From the human T2T-CHM13v2.0 reference genome, Homo sapiens: a DNA stretch of 64,000 nt. The stretch lies in assembly GCF_009914755.1 (NCBI RefSeq), contig NC_060942.1; one strand, written 5' to 3'. Of the stretch, positions 1 to 11,600 are shown one piece after another. Each line of letters begins with the position of its first letter. Positions within the stretch are counted from its first letter, which is position 1. The position numbers and the translations under genes were made by a program. The notes beneath the pieces were generated by a model. That model had not been told where the DNA came from, made no database searches, and saw nothing but the letters and a program-made list of their open reading frames with translations.

Positions 1-84
1 GAATTGAACATTCCCTTTCACAGAGCAGGTTTGAAACACTCTTTTTGTAGTGTTTGTAAGTGGACATTTGGAGCACTTTCCGGC

Positions 85-101
85 CTAAGGTGAAAAAGGA
101 A
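85..101 (+). other. pJalpha-box-like site of an A-type monomer (representative; alternates with the CENP-B boxes)
   Basis: CTAAGGTGAAAAAGGAA occupies the position homologous to the CENP-B box in the box-less monomers. Variants such as CTATGTTGGAAAAGGAA occur in the other A monomers. Confidence 0.75.
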
Positions 102-255
102 ATATCTTCCCATAAAAACTAGACAGAAGCACTCTCAGAAACTTACTCGTGATGTGTGTCCTCAACTAAAGGAGTAGAACCTTTCTTTTCATAGAGAAGT
201 TTTGAAACGCTCTTTTTGTGGAATCTGCAAGTGGATATTTGGCTAGTTTGGAGGA

Positions 256-272
256 TTTCGTTGGAAGCGGGA
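256..272 (+). promoter_or_regulatory. CENP-B box, dimer a (representative; about one per 340 bp across the window)
   Basis: TTTCGTTGGAAGCGGGA matches the 17-bp consensus YTTCGTTGGAARCGGGA. Confidence 0.97.
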
Positions 273-593
273 ATTCATACAAATTGCAGACTGCAGCGTT
301 CTGAGAAACATCTTTGTGATGTTTGTATTCAGGACACAGAGTTGAACATTCCCTATCATAGAGCAGGTTTGAATCACTCCTTTTGTAGTATCTGGAAGTG
401 GACATTTGGAGCGCTTTCAGGCCTATGTTGGAAAAGGAAATATCTTCCCATAACAACTAGACAGAAGCATTCTCAGAAACTTATTTGAGATGTGTGTACT
501 CAACTAAGAGAATTGAACCACCGTTTTGAAGGAGCAGTTTTGAAACACTCTTTTTCTGGAATCTGCAAGTGGATATTTGGCTAGCTTTGGGGA

Positions 594-610
594 TTTCGCT
601 GGAAGCGGGA
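594..610 (+). promoter_or_regulatory. CENP-B box, dimer b (non-core variant)
   Basis: TTTCGCTGGAAGCGGGA; the core NTTCGNNNNANNCGGGN is intact. Confidence 0.9.
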
Positions 611-930
611 ATACATATAAAAAGCACACAGCAGCGTTCTGAGAAACTGCTTTCTGATGTTTGCATTCAAGTCAAAAGTTGAACACTCCCTTTCATAGTG
701 CAGTCCTGAAACACTCCTTTTGTAGTATCTGGAACTGGACTTTTGGAGCGCTTTCAGGGCTAAGGTGAAAAAGGAAATATCTTCCCATAAAAACTGGACA
801 GAAGCATTCTCAGAAACTTGTTTATGCTGTATCTACTCAACTAACAAAGTTGAACCTTTCTTTTGATAGAGCAGTTTTGAAATGCTCTTTTTGTGGAATC
901 TGCAAGTGGATATTTGGCTAGTTTTGAGGA

Positions 931-947
931 TTTCGTTGGAAGCGGGA
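931..947 (+). promoter_or_regulatory. CENP-B box, dimer c
   Basis: TTTCGTTGGAAGCGGGA, overlapping the EcoRI site at 946. Confidence 0.97.
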
Positions 948-1268
948 ATTCATACAAATTGCAGACTGCAGCGTTCTGAGAAACATCTTTGTGATGTTTG
1001 TATTCAGGACAGAGAGTTGAACATTCCCTATCATAGAGCAGGTTGGAATCACTCCTTTTGTAGTATCTGGAAGTGGACATTTGGAGCGCTTTCAGGCCTA
1101 TGTTGAAAAAGGAAATATCTTCCCATAACAACTAGACACAAGCATTCTCAGAAACTTGTTTGTGATGTGTGCCCTCTACTGACAGAGTTGAACCTTTCTT
1201 TTCATAGAGCAGTTTTGAAACACTCTTTTTGTAGAATCTGCAAGAGGATATTTGCATAGCTTTGAGGA

Positions 1269-1285
1269 TTTCGTGGGAAACGGGA
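1269..1285 (+). promoter_or_regulatory. CENP-B box, dimer d (non-core variant)
   Basis: TTTCGTGGGAAACGGGA; core positions intact. Confidence 0.9.
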
Positions 1286-1610
1286 TTGTCTTCAGGTAAA
1301 ATCTAGACAGAAGCATTCTCAGAAACTTCTTTGGGATGTTTGCATTCAAGTCACAGAGTAGAACATTCCCTTTGGTAGAGCAGGTTTGAAACACTCTTTT
1401 TGTAGTATCTGGAAGTGGACATTTGGAGCGCTTTCAGGCCTATGTTGGAAAGGGAAATATCTTCCCGTAACAACTAGGCAGAAGCATTCTCAGAAACTTA
1501 TTTGAGATGTGTGTACTCAACTAAGAGAATTGAACCACCGTTTTGAAGGAGCAGTTTTGAAACACTCTTTTTCTGGAATCTGCAAGAGGATATTTGCCTA
1601 GCCTTGAGGA

Positions 1611-1627
1611 TTTCGTTGGAAACGGGA
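1611..1627 (+). promoter_or_regulatory. CENP-B box, dimer e
   Basis: TTTCGTTGGAAACGGGA, canonical. Confidence 0.97.
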
Positions 1628-1952
1628 TTGTCTTCACATCAAATCTAGACAGAAGCATTCTCAGAAACTTCTTTGGGATGTTTGCATTCAAGTCACAGAG
1701 TAGAACATTCCCTTTGGTAGAGCAGGTTTGAAACACTCTTTTTTTAGTATATGGAAGTGGACATTTGGAGGGCTTTCAGGCCTACGTTGGAAAAGGAAAT
1801 ATCTTCCCATAACAACTAGACAGAAGCATTCTCAGAAACTAGTTTCTGATGTGTGTCCTCAACTAACACAGTTGAACATTTCTTTAGACAGAACAGTTTT
1901 GAAACTCTCTTTTTGTGGAATCTGCAAGTGGCTATTTGGCTAGATTTGAGGA

Positions 1953-1969
1953 TTTCGTTGGAAACGGGA
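1953..1969 (+). promoter_or_regulatory. CENP-B box, dimer f
   Basis: TTTCGTTGGAAACGGGA. Box spacings in the first HOR are 338, 337, 338, 342, 342 and 338 bp, which sum to 2,035. Confidence 0.97.
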
Positions 1970-2639
1970 TTACATATAAAAAGCAGACAGCAGCATTCTC
2001 AGAAAGTTCTTTGTGATGATTGCATTCAAGTCACAGAATTGAACATTCCCTTTCACAGAGCAGGTTTGAAACACTCTTTTTATAGTGTGTGTAAGTGGAC
2101 ATTTGGAGCACTTTCCGGCCTAAGGTGAAAAAGGAAATATCTTCCCATAAAAACTAGACAGAAGCATTCTCAGAAACTTACTCGTGATGTGTGTCCTCAA
2201 CTAAAGGAGTAGAACCTTTCTTTTCATAGAGAAGTTTTGAAACGCTCTTTTTGTGGAATCTGCAAGTGGATATTTGGCTAGTTTGGAGGATTTCGTTGGA
2301 AGCGGGAATTCATACAAATTGCAGACTGCAGCGTTCTGAGAAACATCTTTGTGATGTTTGTATTCAGGACACAGAGTTGAACATTCCCTATCATAGAGCA
2401 GGTTGGAATCACTCCTTTTGTAGTATCTGGAAGTGGACATTTGGAGCGCTTTCAGGCCTATGTTGGAAAAGGAAATATCTTCCCATAACAACTAGACAGA
2501 AGCATTCTCAGAAACTTATTTGAGATGTGTGTACTCAACTAAGAGAATTGAACCACCGTTTTGAAGGAGCAGTTTTGAAACACTCTTTTTCTGGAATCTG
2601 CAAGTGGATATTTGGCTAGCTTTGGGGATTTCGCTGGAG

Positions 2640-5600
2640 GCGGGAATACATATAAAAAGCACACAGCAGCGTTCTGAGAAACTGCTTTCTGATGTTTGCA
2701 TTCAAGTCAAAAGTTGAACACTCCCTTTCATAGAGCAGTCCTGAAACACTCCTTTTGTAGTATCTGGAACTGGACTTTTGGAGCGCTTTCAGGGCTAAGG
2801 TGAAAAAGGAAATATCTTCCCATAAAAACTGGACAGAAGCATTCTCAGAAACTTGTTTATGCTGTATCTACTCAACTAACAAAGTTGAACCTTTCTTTTG
2901 ATAGAGCAGTTTTGAAATGCTCTTTTTGTGGAATCTGCAAGTGGATATTTGGCTAGTTTTGAGGATTTCGTTGGAAGCGGGAATTCATACAAATTGCAGA
3001 CTGCAGCGTTCTGAGAAACATCTTTGTGATGTTTGTATTCAGGACAGAGAGTTGAACATTCCCTATCATAGAGCAGGTTGGAATCACTCCTTTTGTAGTA
3101 TCTGGAAGTGGACATTTGGAGCGCTTTCTGGCCTATGTTGAAAAAGGAAATATCTTCCCATAACAACTAGACACAAGCATTCTCAGAAACTTGTTTGTGA
3201 TGTGTGCCCTCTACTGACAGAGTTGAACCTTTCTTTTCATAGAGAAGTTTTGAAACACTCTTTTTGTAGAATCTGCAAGAGGATTTTTGCATAGCTTTGA
3301 GGATTTCGTGGGAAACGGGATTGTCTTCAGGTAAAATCTAGACAGAAGCATTCTCAGAAACTTCTTTAGGATGTTTGCATTCAAGTCACAGAGTAGAACA
3401 TTCCCTTTGGTAGAGCAGGTTTGAAACACTCTTTTTGTAGTATCTGGAAGTAGACATTTGGAGCGCTTTCAGGCCTATGTTGGAAAGGGAAATATCTTCC
3501 GGTAACAACTAGGCAGAAGCATTCTCAGAAACTTATTTGAGATGTGTGTACTCAACTAAGAGAATTGAACCACCGTTTTGAAGGAGCAGTTTTGAAACAC
3601 TCTTTTTCTGGAATCTGCAAGAGGATATTTGCCTAGCTTTGAGGATTTCGTTGGAAACGGGATTGTGTTCAGATCAAATCTAGACAGAAGCATTCTCAGA
3701 AACTTCTTTGGGATGTTTGCATTCAAGTCACAGAGTAGAACATTCCCTTTGGTAGAGCAGGTGTGAAACACTCTTTTTTTAGTATATGGAAGTGGACATT
3801 TGGAGCGCTTTCAGGCCTACGTTGGAAAAGGAAATATCTTCCCATAACAACTAGACAGAAGCATTCTCAGAAACTAGTTTCTGATGTGTGTCCTCAACTA
3901 ACACAGTTGAACATTTCTTTAGACAGAACAGTTTTGAAACTCTCTTTTTGTGGAATCTGCAAGTGGCTATTTGGCTAGATTTGAGGATTTCGTTGGAAAC
4001 GGGATTACATATAAAAAGCAGACAGCAGCATTCTCAGAAAGTTCTTTGTGATGATTGCATTCAAGTCACAGAATTGAACATTCCCTTTCACAGAGCAGGT
4101 TTGAAACACTCTTTTTGTAGTGTGTGTAAGTGGACATTTGGAGCACTTTCCGGCCTAAGGTGAGAAAGGAAATATCTTCCCATAAAAACTAGACAGAAGC
4201 ATTCTCAGAAACTTACTCGTGATGTGTGTCCTCAACTAAAGGAGTAGAACCTTTCTTTCATAGAGAAGTTTTGAAACGCTCTTTTTGTGGAATCTGCAAG
4301 TGGATATTTGGCTAGTTTGGAGGATTTCGTTGGAAGCGGGAATTCATACAAATTGCAGACTGCAGCGTTCTGAGAAACATCTTTGTGATGTTTGTATTCA
4401 GGACACAGAGTTGAACATTCCCTATCATAGAGCAGGTTGGAATCACTCCTTTTGTAGTATCTGGAAGTGGACATTTGGAGCGCTTTCAGGCCTATGTTGG
4501 AAAAGGAAATATCTTCCCATAACAACTAGACAGAAGCATTCTCAGAAACTTATTTGAGATGTGTGTACTCAACTAAGAGAATTGAACCACCGTTTTGAAG
4601 GAGCAGTTTTGAAACACTCTTTTTCTGGAATCTGCAAGTGGATATTTGGCTAGCTTTGGGGATTTCGCTGGAGGCGGGAATACATATAAAAAGCACACAG
4701 CAGCGTTCTGAGAAACTGCTTTCTGATGTTTGCATTCAAGTCAAAAGTTGAACACTCCCTTTCATAGAGCAGTCCTGAAACACTCCTTTTGTAGTATCTG
4801 GAACTGGACTTTTGGAGCGCTTTCAGGGCTAAGGTGAAAAAGGAAATATCTTCCCATAAAAACTGGACAGAAGCATTCTCAGAAACTTGTTTATGCTGTA
4901 TCTACTCAACTAACAAAGTTGAACCTTTCTTTTGATAGAGCAGTTTTGAAATGCTCTTTTTGTGGAATCTGCAAGTGGATATTTGGCTAGTTTTGAGGAT
5001 TTCGTTGGAAGCGGGAATTCATACAAATTGCAGACTGCAGCGTTCTGAGAAACATCTTTGTGATGTTTGCATTCAGGACAGAGAGTTGAACATTCCCTAT
5101 CATAGAGCAGGTTGGAATCACTCCTTTTGTAGTATCTGGAAGTGGACATTTGGAGCGCTTTCTGGCCTATGTTGAAAAAGGAAATATCTTCCCATAACAA
5201 CTAGACACAAGCATTCTCAGAAACTTGTTTGTGATGTGTGCCCTCTACTGACAGAGTTGAACCTTTCTTTTCATAGAGCAGTTTTGAAACACTCTTTTTG
5301 TAGAATCTGCAAGAGGATTTTTGCATAGCTTTGAGGATTTCGTGGGAAACGGGATTGTCTTCAGGTAAAATCTAGACAGAAGCATTCTCAGAAACTTCTT
5401 TGGGATGTTTGCATTCAAGTCACAGAGTAGAACATTCCCTTTGGTAGAGCAGGTTTGAAACACTCTTTTTGTAGTATCTGGAAGTGGACATTTGGAGCGC
5501 TTTCAGGCCTATGTTGGAAAGGGAAATATCTTCCGGTAACAACTAGGCAGAAGCATTCTCAGAAACTTATTTGAGATGTGTGTACTCAACTAAGAGAATT

Positions 5601-8600
5601 GAACCACCGTTTTGAAGGAGCAGTTTTGAAACACTCTTTTTCTGGAATCTGCAAGAGGATATTTGCCTAGCTTTGAGGATTTCGTTGGAAACGGGATTGT
5701 GTTCAGATCAAATCTAGACAGAAGCATTCTCAGAAACTTCTTTGGGATGTTTGCATTCAAGTCACAGAGTAGAACATTCCCTTTGGTAGAGCAGGTGTGA
5801 AACACTCTTTTTTTAGTATATGGAAGTGGACATTTGGAGCGCTTTCAGGCCTACGTTGGAAAAGGAAATATCTTCCCATAACAACTAGACAGAAGCATTC
5901 TCAGAAACTAGTTTCTGATGTGTGTCCTCAACTAACACAGTTGAACATTTCTTTAGACAGAACAGTTTTGAAACTCTCTTTTTGTGGAATCTGCAAGTGG
6001 CTATTTGGCTAGATTTGAGGATTTCGTTGGAAACGGGATTACATATAAAAAGCAGACAGCAGCATTCTCAGAAAGTTCTTTGTGATGATTGCATTCAAGT
6101 CACAGAATTGAACATTCCCTTTCACAGAGCAGGTTTGAAACACTCTTTTTGTAGTGTGTGTAAGTGGACATTTGGAGCACTTTCCGGCCTAAGGTGAGAA
6201 AGGAAATATCTTCCCATAAAAACTAGACAGAAGCATTCTCAGAAACTTACTCGTGATGTGTGTCCTCAACTAAAGGAGTAGAACCTTTCTTTCATAGAGA
6301 AGTTTTGAAACGCTCTTTTTGTGGAATCTGCAAGTGGATATTTGGCTAGTTTGGAGGATTTCGTTGGAAGCGGGAATTCATACAAATTGCAGACTGCAGC
6401 GTTCTGAGAAACATCTTTGTGATGTTTGTATTCAGGACACAGAGTTGAACATTCCCTATCATAGAGCAGGTTGGAATCACTCCTTTTGTAGTATCTGGAA
6501 GTGGACATTTGGAGCGCTTTCAGGCCTATGTTGGAAAAGGAAATATCTTCCCATAACAACTAGACAGAAGCATTCTCAGAAACTTATTTGAGATGTGTGT
6601 ACTCAACTAAGAGAATTGAACCACCGTTTTGAAGGAGCAGTTTTGAAACACTCTTTTTCTGGAATCTGCAAGTGGATATTTGGCTAGCTTTGGGGATTTC
6701 GCTGGAGGCGGGAATACATATAAAAAGCACACAGCAGCGTTCTGAGAAACTGCTTTCTGATGTTTGCATTCAAGTCAAAAGTTGAACACTCCCTTTCATA
6801 GAGCAGTCCTGAAACACTCCTTTTGTAGTATCTGGAACTGGACTTTTGGAGCGCTTTCAGGGCTAAGGTGAAAAAGGAAATATCTTCCCATAAAAACTGG
6901 ACAGAAGCATTCTCAGAAACTTGTTTATGCTGTATCTACTCAACTAACAAAGTTGAACCTTTCTTTTGATAGAGCAGTTTTGAAATGCTCTTTTTGTGGA
7001 ATCTGCAAGTGGATATTTGGCTAGTTTTGAGGATTTCGCTGGAAGCGGGAATTCATACAAATTGCAGACTGCAGCGTTCTGAGAAACATCTTTGTGATGT
7101 TTGTATTCAGGACACAGAGTTGAACATTCCCTATCATAGAGCAGGTTGGAATCACTCCTTTTGTAGTATCTGGAAGTGGACATTTGGAGCGCTTTCAGGC
7201 CTATGTTGAAAAAGGAAATATCTTCCCATAACAACTAGACACAAGCATTCTCAGAAACTTGTTTGTGATGTGTGCCCTCTACTGACAGAGTTGAACCTTT
7301 CTTTTCATAGAGCAGTTTTGAAACACTCTTTTTGTAGAATCTGCAAGAGGATATTTGCATAGCTTTGAGGATTTCGTGGGAAACGGGATTGTCTTCAGGT
7401 AAAATCTAGACAGAAGCATTCTCAGAAACTTCTTTGGGATGTTTGCATTCAAGTCACAGAGTAGAACATTCCCTTTGGTAGAGCAGGTTTGAAACACTCT
7501 TTTTGTAGTATCTGGAAGTGGACATTTGGAGCGCTTTCAGGCCTATGTTGGAAAGGGAAATATCTTCCCGTAACAACTAGGCAGAAGCATTCTCAGAAAC
7601 TTATTTGAGATGTGTGTACTCAACTAAGAGAATTGAACCACCGTTTTGAAGGAGCAGTTTTGAAACACTCTTTTTCTGGAATCTGCAAGAGGATATTTGC
7701 CTAGCCTTGAGGATTTCGTTGGAAACGGGATTGTCTTCAGATCAAATCTAGACAGAAGCATTCTCAGAAACTTCTTTGGGATGTTTGCATTCAAGTCACA
7801 GAGTAGAACATTCCCTTTGGTAGAGCAGGTTTGAAACACTCTTTTTTTAGTATATGGAAGTGGACATTTGGAGCGCTTTCAGGCCTACGTTGGAAAAGGA
7901 AATATCTTCCCATAACAACTAGACAGAAGCATTCTCAGAAACTAGTTTCTGATGTGTGTCCTCAACTAACACAGTTGAACATTTCTTTAGACAGAACAGT
8001 TTTGAAACACTCTTTTTGTGGAATCTGCAAGTGGCTATTTGGCTAGATTTGAGGATTTCGTTGGAAACGGGATTACATATAAAAAGCAGACAGCAGCATT
8101 CTCAGAAAGTTCTTTGTGATGATTGCATTCAAGTCACAGAATTGAACATTCCCTTTCACAGAGCAGGTTTGAAACACTCTTTTTGTAGTGTGTGTAAGTG
8201 GACATTTGGAGCACTTTCCGGCCTAAGGTGAAAAAGGAAATATCTTCCCATAAAAACTAGACAGAAGCACTCTCAGAAACTTACTCGTGATGTGTGTCCT
8301 CAACTAAAGGAGTAGAACCTTTCTTTTCATAGAGAAGTTTTGAAACGCTCTTTTTGTGGAATCTGCAAGTGGATATTTGGCTACTTTGGAGGATTTCGTT
8401 GGAAGCGGGAATTCATACAAATTGCAGACTGCAGCGTTCTGAGAAACATCTTTGTGATGTTTGTATTCAGGACACAGAGTTGAACATTCCCTATCATAGA
8501 GCAGGTTTGAATCACTCCTTTTGTAGTATCTGGAAGTGGACATTTGGAGCGCTTTCAGGCCTATGTTGGAAAAGGAAATATCTTCCCATAACAACTAGAC

Positions 8601-11600
8601 AGAAGCATTCTCAGAAACTTATTTGAGATGTGTGTACTCAACTAAGAGAATTGAACCACCGTTTTGAAGGAGCAGTTTTGAAACACTCTTTTTCTGGAAT
8701 CTGCAAGTGGATATTTGGCTAGCTTTGGGGATTTCGCTGGAAGCGGGAATACATATAAAAAGCACACAGCAGCGTTCTGAGAAACTGCTTTCTGATGTTT
8801 GCATTCAAGTCAAAAGTTGAACACTCCCTTTCATAGTGCAGTCCTGAAACACTCCTTTTGTAGTATCTGGAACTGGACTTTTGGAGCGCTTTCAGGGCTA
8901 AGGTGAAAAAGGAAATATCTTCCCATAAAAACTGGACAGAAGCATTCTCAGAAACTTGTTTATGCTGTATCTACTCAACTAACAAAGTTGAACCTTTCTT
9001 TTGATAGAGCAGTTTTGAAATGCTCTTTTTGTGGAATCTGCAAGTGGATATTTGGCTAGTTTTGAGGATTTCGTTGGAAGCGGGAATTCATACAAATTGC
9101 AGACTGCAGCGTTCTGAGAAACATCTTTGTGATGTTTGTATTCAGGACAGAGAGTTGAACATTCCCTATCATAGAGCAGGTTGGAATCACTCCTTTTGTA
9201 GTATCTGGAAGTGGACATTTGGAGCGCTTTCAGGCCTATGTTGAAAAAGGAAATATCTTCCCATAACAACTAGACACAAGCATTCTCAGAAACTTGTTTG
9301 TGATGTGTGCCCTCTACTGACAGAGTTGAACCTTTCTTTTCATAGAGCAGTTTTGAAACACTCTTTTTGTAGAATCTGCAAGAGGATATTTGCATAGCTT
9401 TGAGGATTTCGTGGGAAACGGGATTGTCTTCAGGTAAAATCTAGACAGAAGCATTCTCAGAAACTTCTTTGGGATGTTTGCATTCAAGTCACAGAGTAGA
9501 ACATTCCCTTTGGTAGAGCAGGTTTGAAACACTCTTTTTGTAGTATCTGGAAGTGGACATTTGGAGCGCTTTCAGGCCTATGTTGGAAAGGGAAATATCT
9601 TCCCGTAACAACTAGGCAGAAGCATTCTCAGAAACTTATTTGAGATGTGTGTACTCAACTAAGAGAATTGAACCACCGTTTTGAAGGAGCAGTTTTGAAA
9701 CACTCTTTTTCTGGAATCTGCAAGACGATATTTGCCTAGCCTTGAGGATTTCGTTGGAAACGGGATTGTCTTCAGATCAAATCTAGACAGAAGCATTCTC
9801 AGAAACTTCTTTGGGATGTTTGCATTCAAGTCACAGAATAGAACATTCCCTTTGGTAGAGCAGGTTTGAAACACTCTTTTTTTAGTATATGGAAGTGGAC
9901 ATTTGGAGCGCTTTCAGGCCTACGTTGGAAAAGGAAATATCTTCCCATAACAACTAGACAGAAGCATTCTCAGAAACTAGTTTCTGATGTGTGTCCTCAA
10001 CTAACACAGTTGAACATTTCTTTAGACAGAACAGTTTTGAAACACTCTTTTTGTGGAATCTGCAAGTGGCTATTTGGCTAGATTTGAGGATTTCGTTGGA
10101 AACGGGATTACATATAAAAAGCAGACAGCAGCATTCTCAGAAAGTTCTTTGTGATGATTGCATTCAAGTCACAGAATTGAACAATCCCTTTCACAGAGCA
10201 GGTTTGAAACACTCTTTTTGTAGTGTGTGTAAGTGGACATTTGGAGCACTTTCCGGCCTAAGGTGAAAAAGGAAATATCTTCCCATAAAAACTAGACAGA
10301 AGCACTCTCAGAAACTTACTCGTGATGTGTGTCCTCAACTAAAGGAGTAGAACCTTTCTTTTCATAGAGAAGTTTTGAAACGCTCTTTTTGTGGAATCTG
10401 CAAGTGGATATTTGGCTAGTTTGGAGGATTTCCTTGGAAGCGGGAATTCATACAAATTGCAGACTGCAGCGTTCTGAGAAACATCTTTGTGATGTTTGTA
10501 TTCAGGACACAGAGTTGAACATTCCCTATCATAGAGCAGGTTTGAATCACTCCTTTTGTAGTATCTGGAAGTGGACATTTGGAGCGCTTTCAGGCCTATG
10601 TTGGAAAAGGAAATATCTTCCCATAACAACTAGACAGAAGCATTCTCAGAAACTTATTTGAGATGTGTGTACTCAACTAAGAGAATTGAACCACCGTTTT
10701 GAAGGAGCAGTTTTGAAACACTCTTTTTCTGGAATCTGCAAGTGGATATTTGGCTAGCTTTGGGGATTTCGCTGGAAGCGGGAATACATATAAAAAGCAC
10801 ACAGCAGCGTTCTGAGAAACTGCTTTCTGATGTTTGCATTCAAGTCAAAAGTTGAACACTCCCTTTCATAGAGCAGTCCTGAAACACTCCTTTTGTAGTA
10901 TCTGGAACTGGACTTTTGGAGCGCTTTCAGGGCTAAGGTGAAAAAGGAAATATCTTCCCATAAAAACTGGACAGAAGCATTCTCAGAAACTTGTTTATGC
11001 TGTATCTACTCAACTAACAAAGTTGAACCTTTCTTTTGATAGAGCAGTTTTGAAATGCTCTTTTTGTGGAATCTGCAAGTGGATATTTGGCTAGTTTTGA
11101 GGATTTCGTTGGAAGCGGGAATTCATACAAATTGCAGACTGCAGCGTTCTGAGAAACATCTTTGTGATGTTTGTATTCAGGACAGAGAGTTGAACATTCC
11201 CTATCATAGAGCAGGTTGGAATCACTCCTTTTGTAGTATCTGGAAGTGGACATTTGGAGCGCTTTCTGGCCTATGTTGAAAAAGGAAATATCTTCCCATA
11301 ACAACTAGACACAAGCATTCTCAGAAACTTGTTTGTGATGTGTGCCCTCTACTGACAGAGTTGAACCTTTCTTTTCATAGAGAAGTTTTGAAACACTCTT
11401 TTTGTAGAATCTGCAAGAGGATTTTTGCATAGCTTTGAGGATTTCGTGGGAAACGGGATTGTCTTCAGGTAAAATCTAGACAGAAGCATTCTCAGAAACT
11501 TCTTTAGGATGTTTGCATTCAAGTCACAGAGTAGAACATTCCCTTTGGTAGAGCAGGTTTGAAACACTCTTTTTGTAGTATCTGGAAGTAGACATTTGGA

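Noticed and set aside
613-623. TATA-like CATATAAAAAG in dimers b and f
   Set aside because: It is a fixed part of the AT-rich monomer sequence in every HOR, and the sequence alone gives no evidence of promoter function.
130-2164. Assignment to DXZ1, the X-chromosome 12-mer of about 2.0 kb
   Set aside because: DXZ1 is pentameric (SF3) and about 2,057 bp. This array is strictly dimeric, with a box in every second monomer and a 2,035-bp period.
2629-2645. Box variants such as GCTGGAGGCGGG (2629), TTCGTAGG (50803) and GGAATCGGG (52838) as lost CENP-B sites
   Set aside because: The changes fall outside the 9 core positions NTTCGNNNNANNCGGGN, so they were not counted as disrupted.
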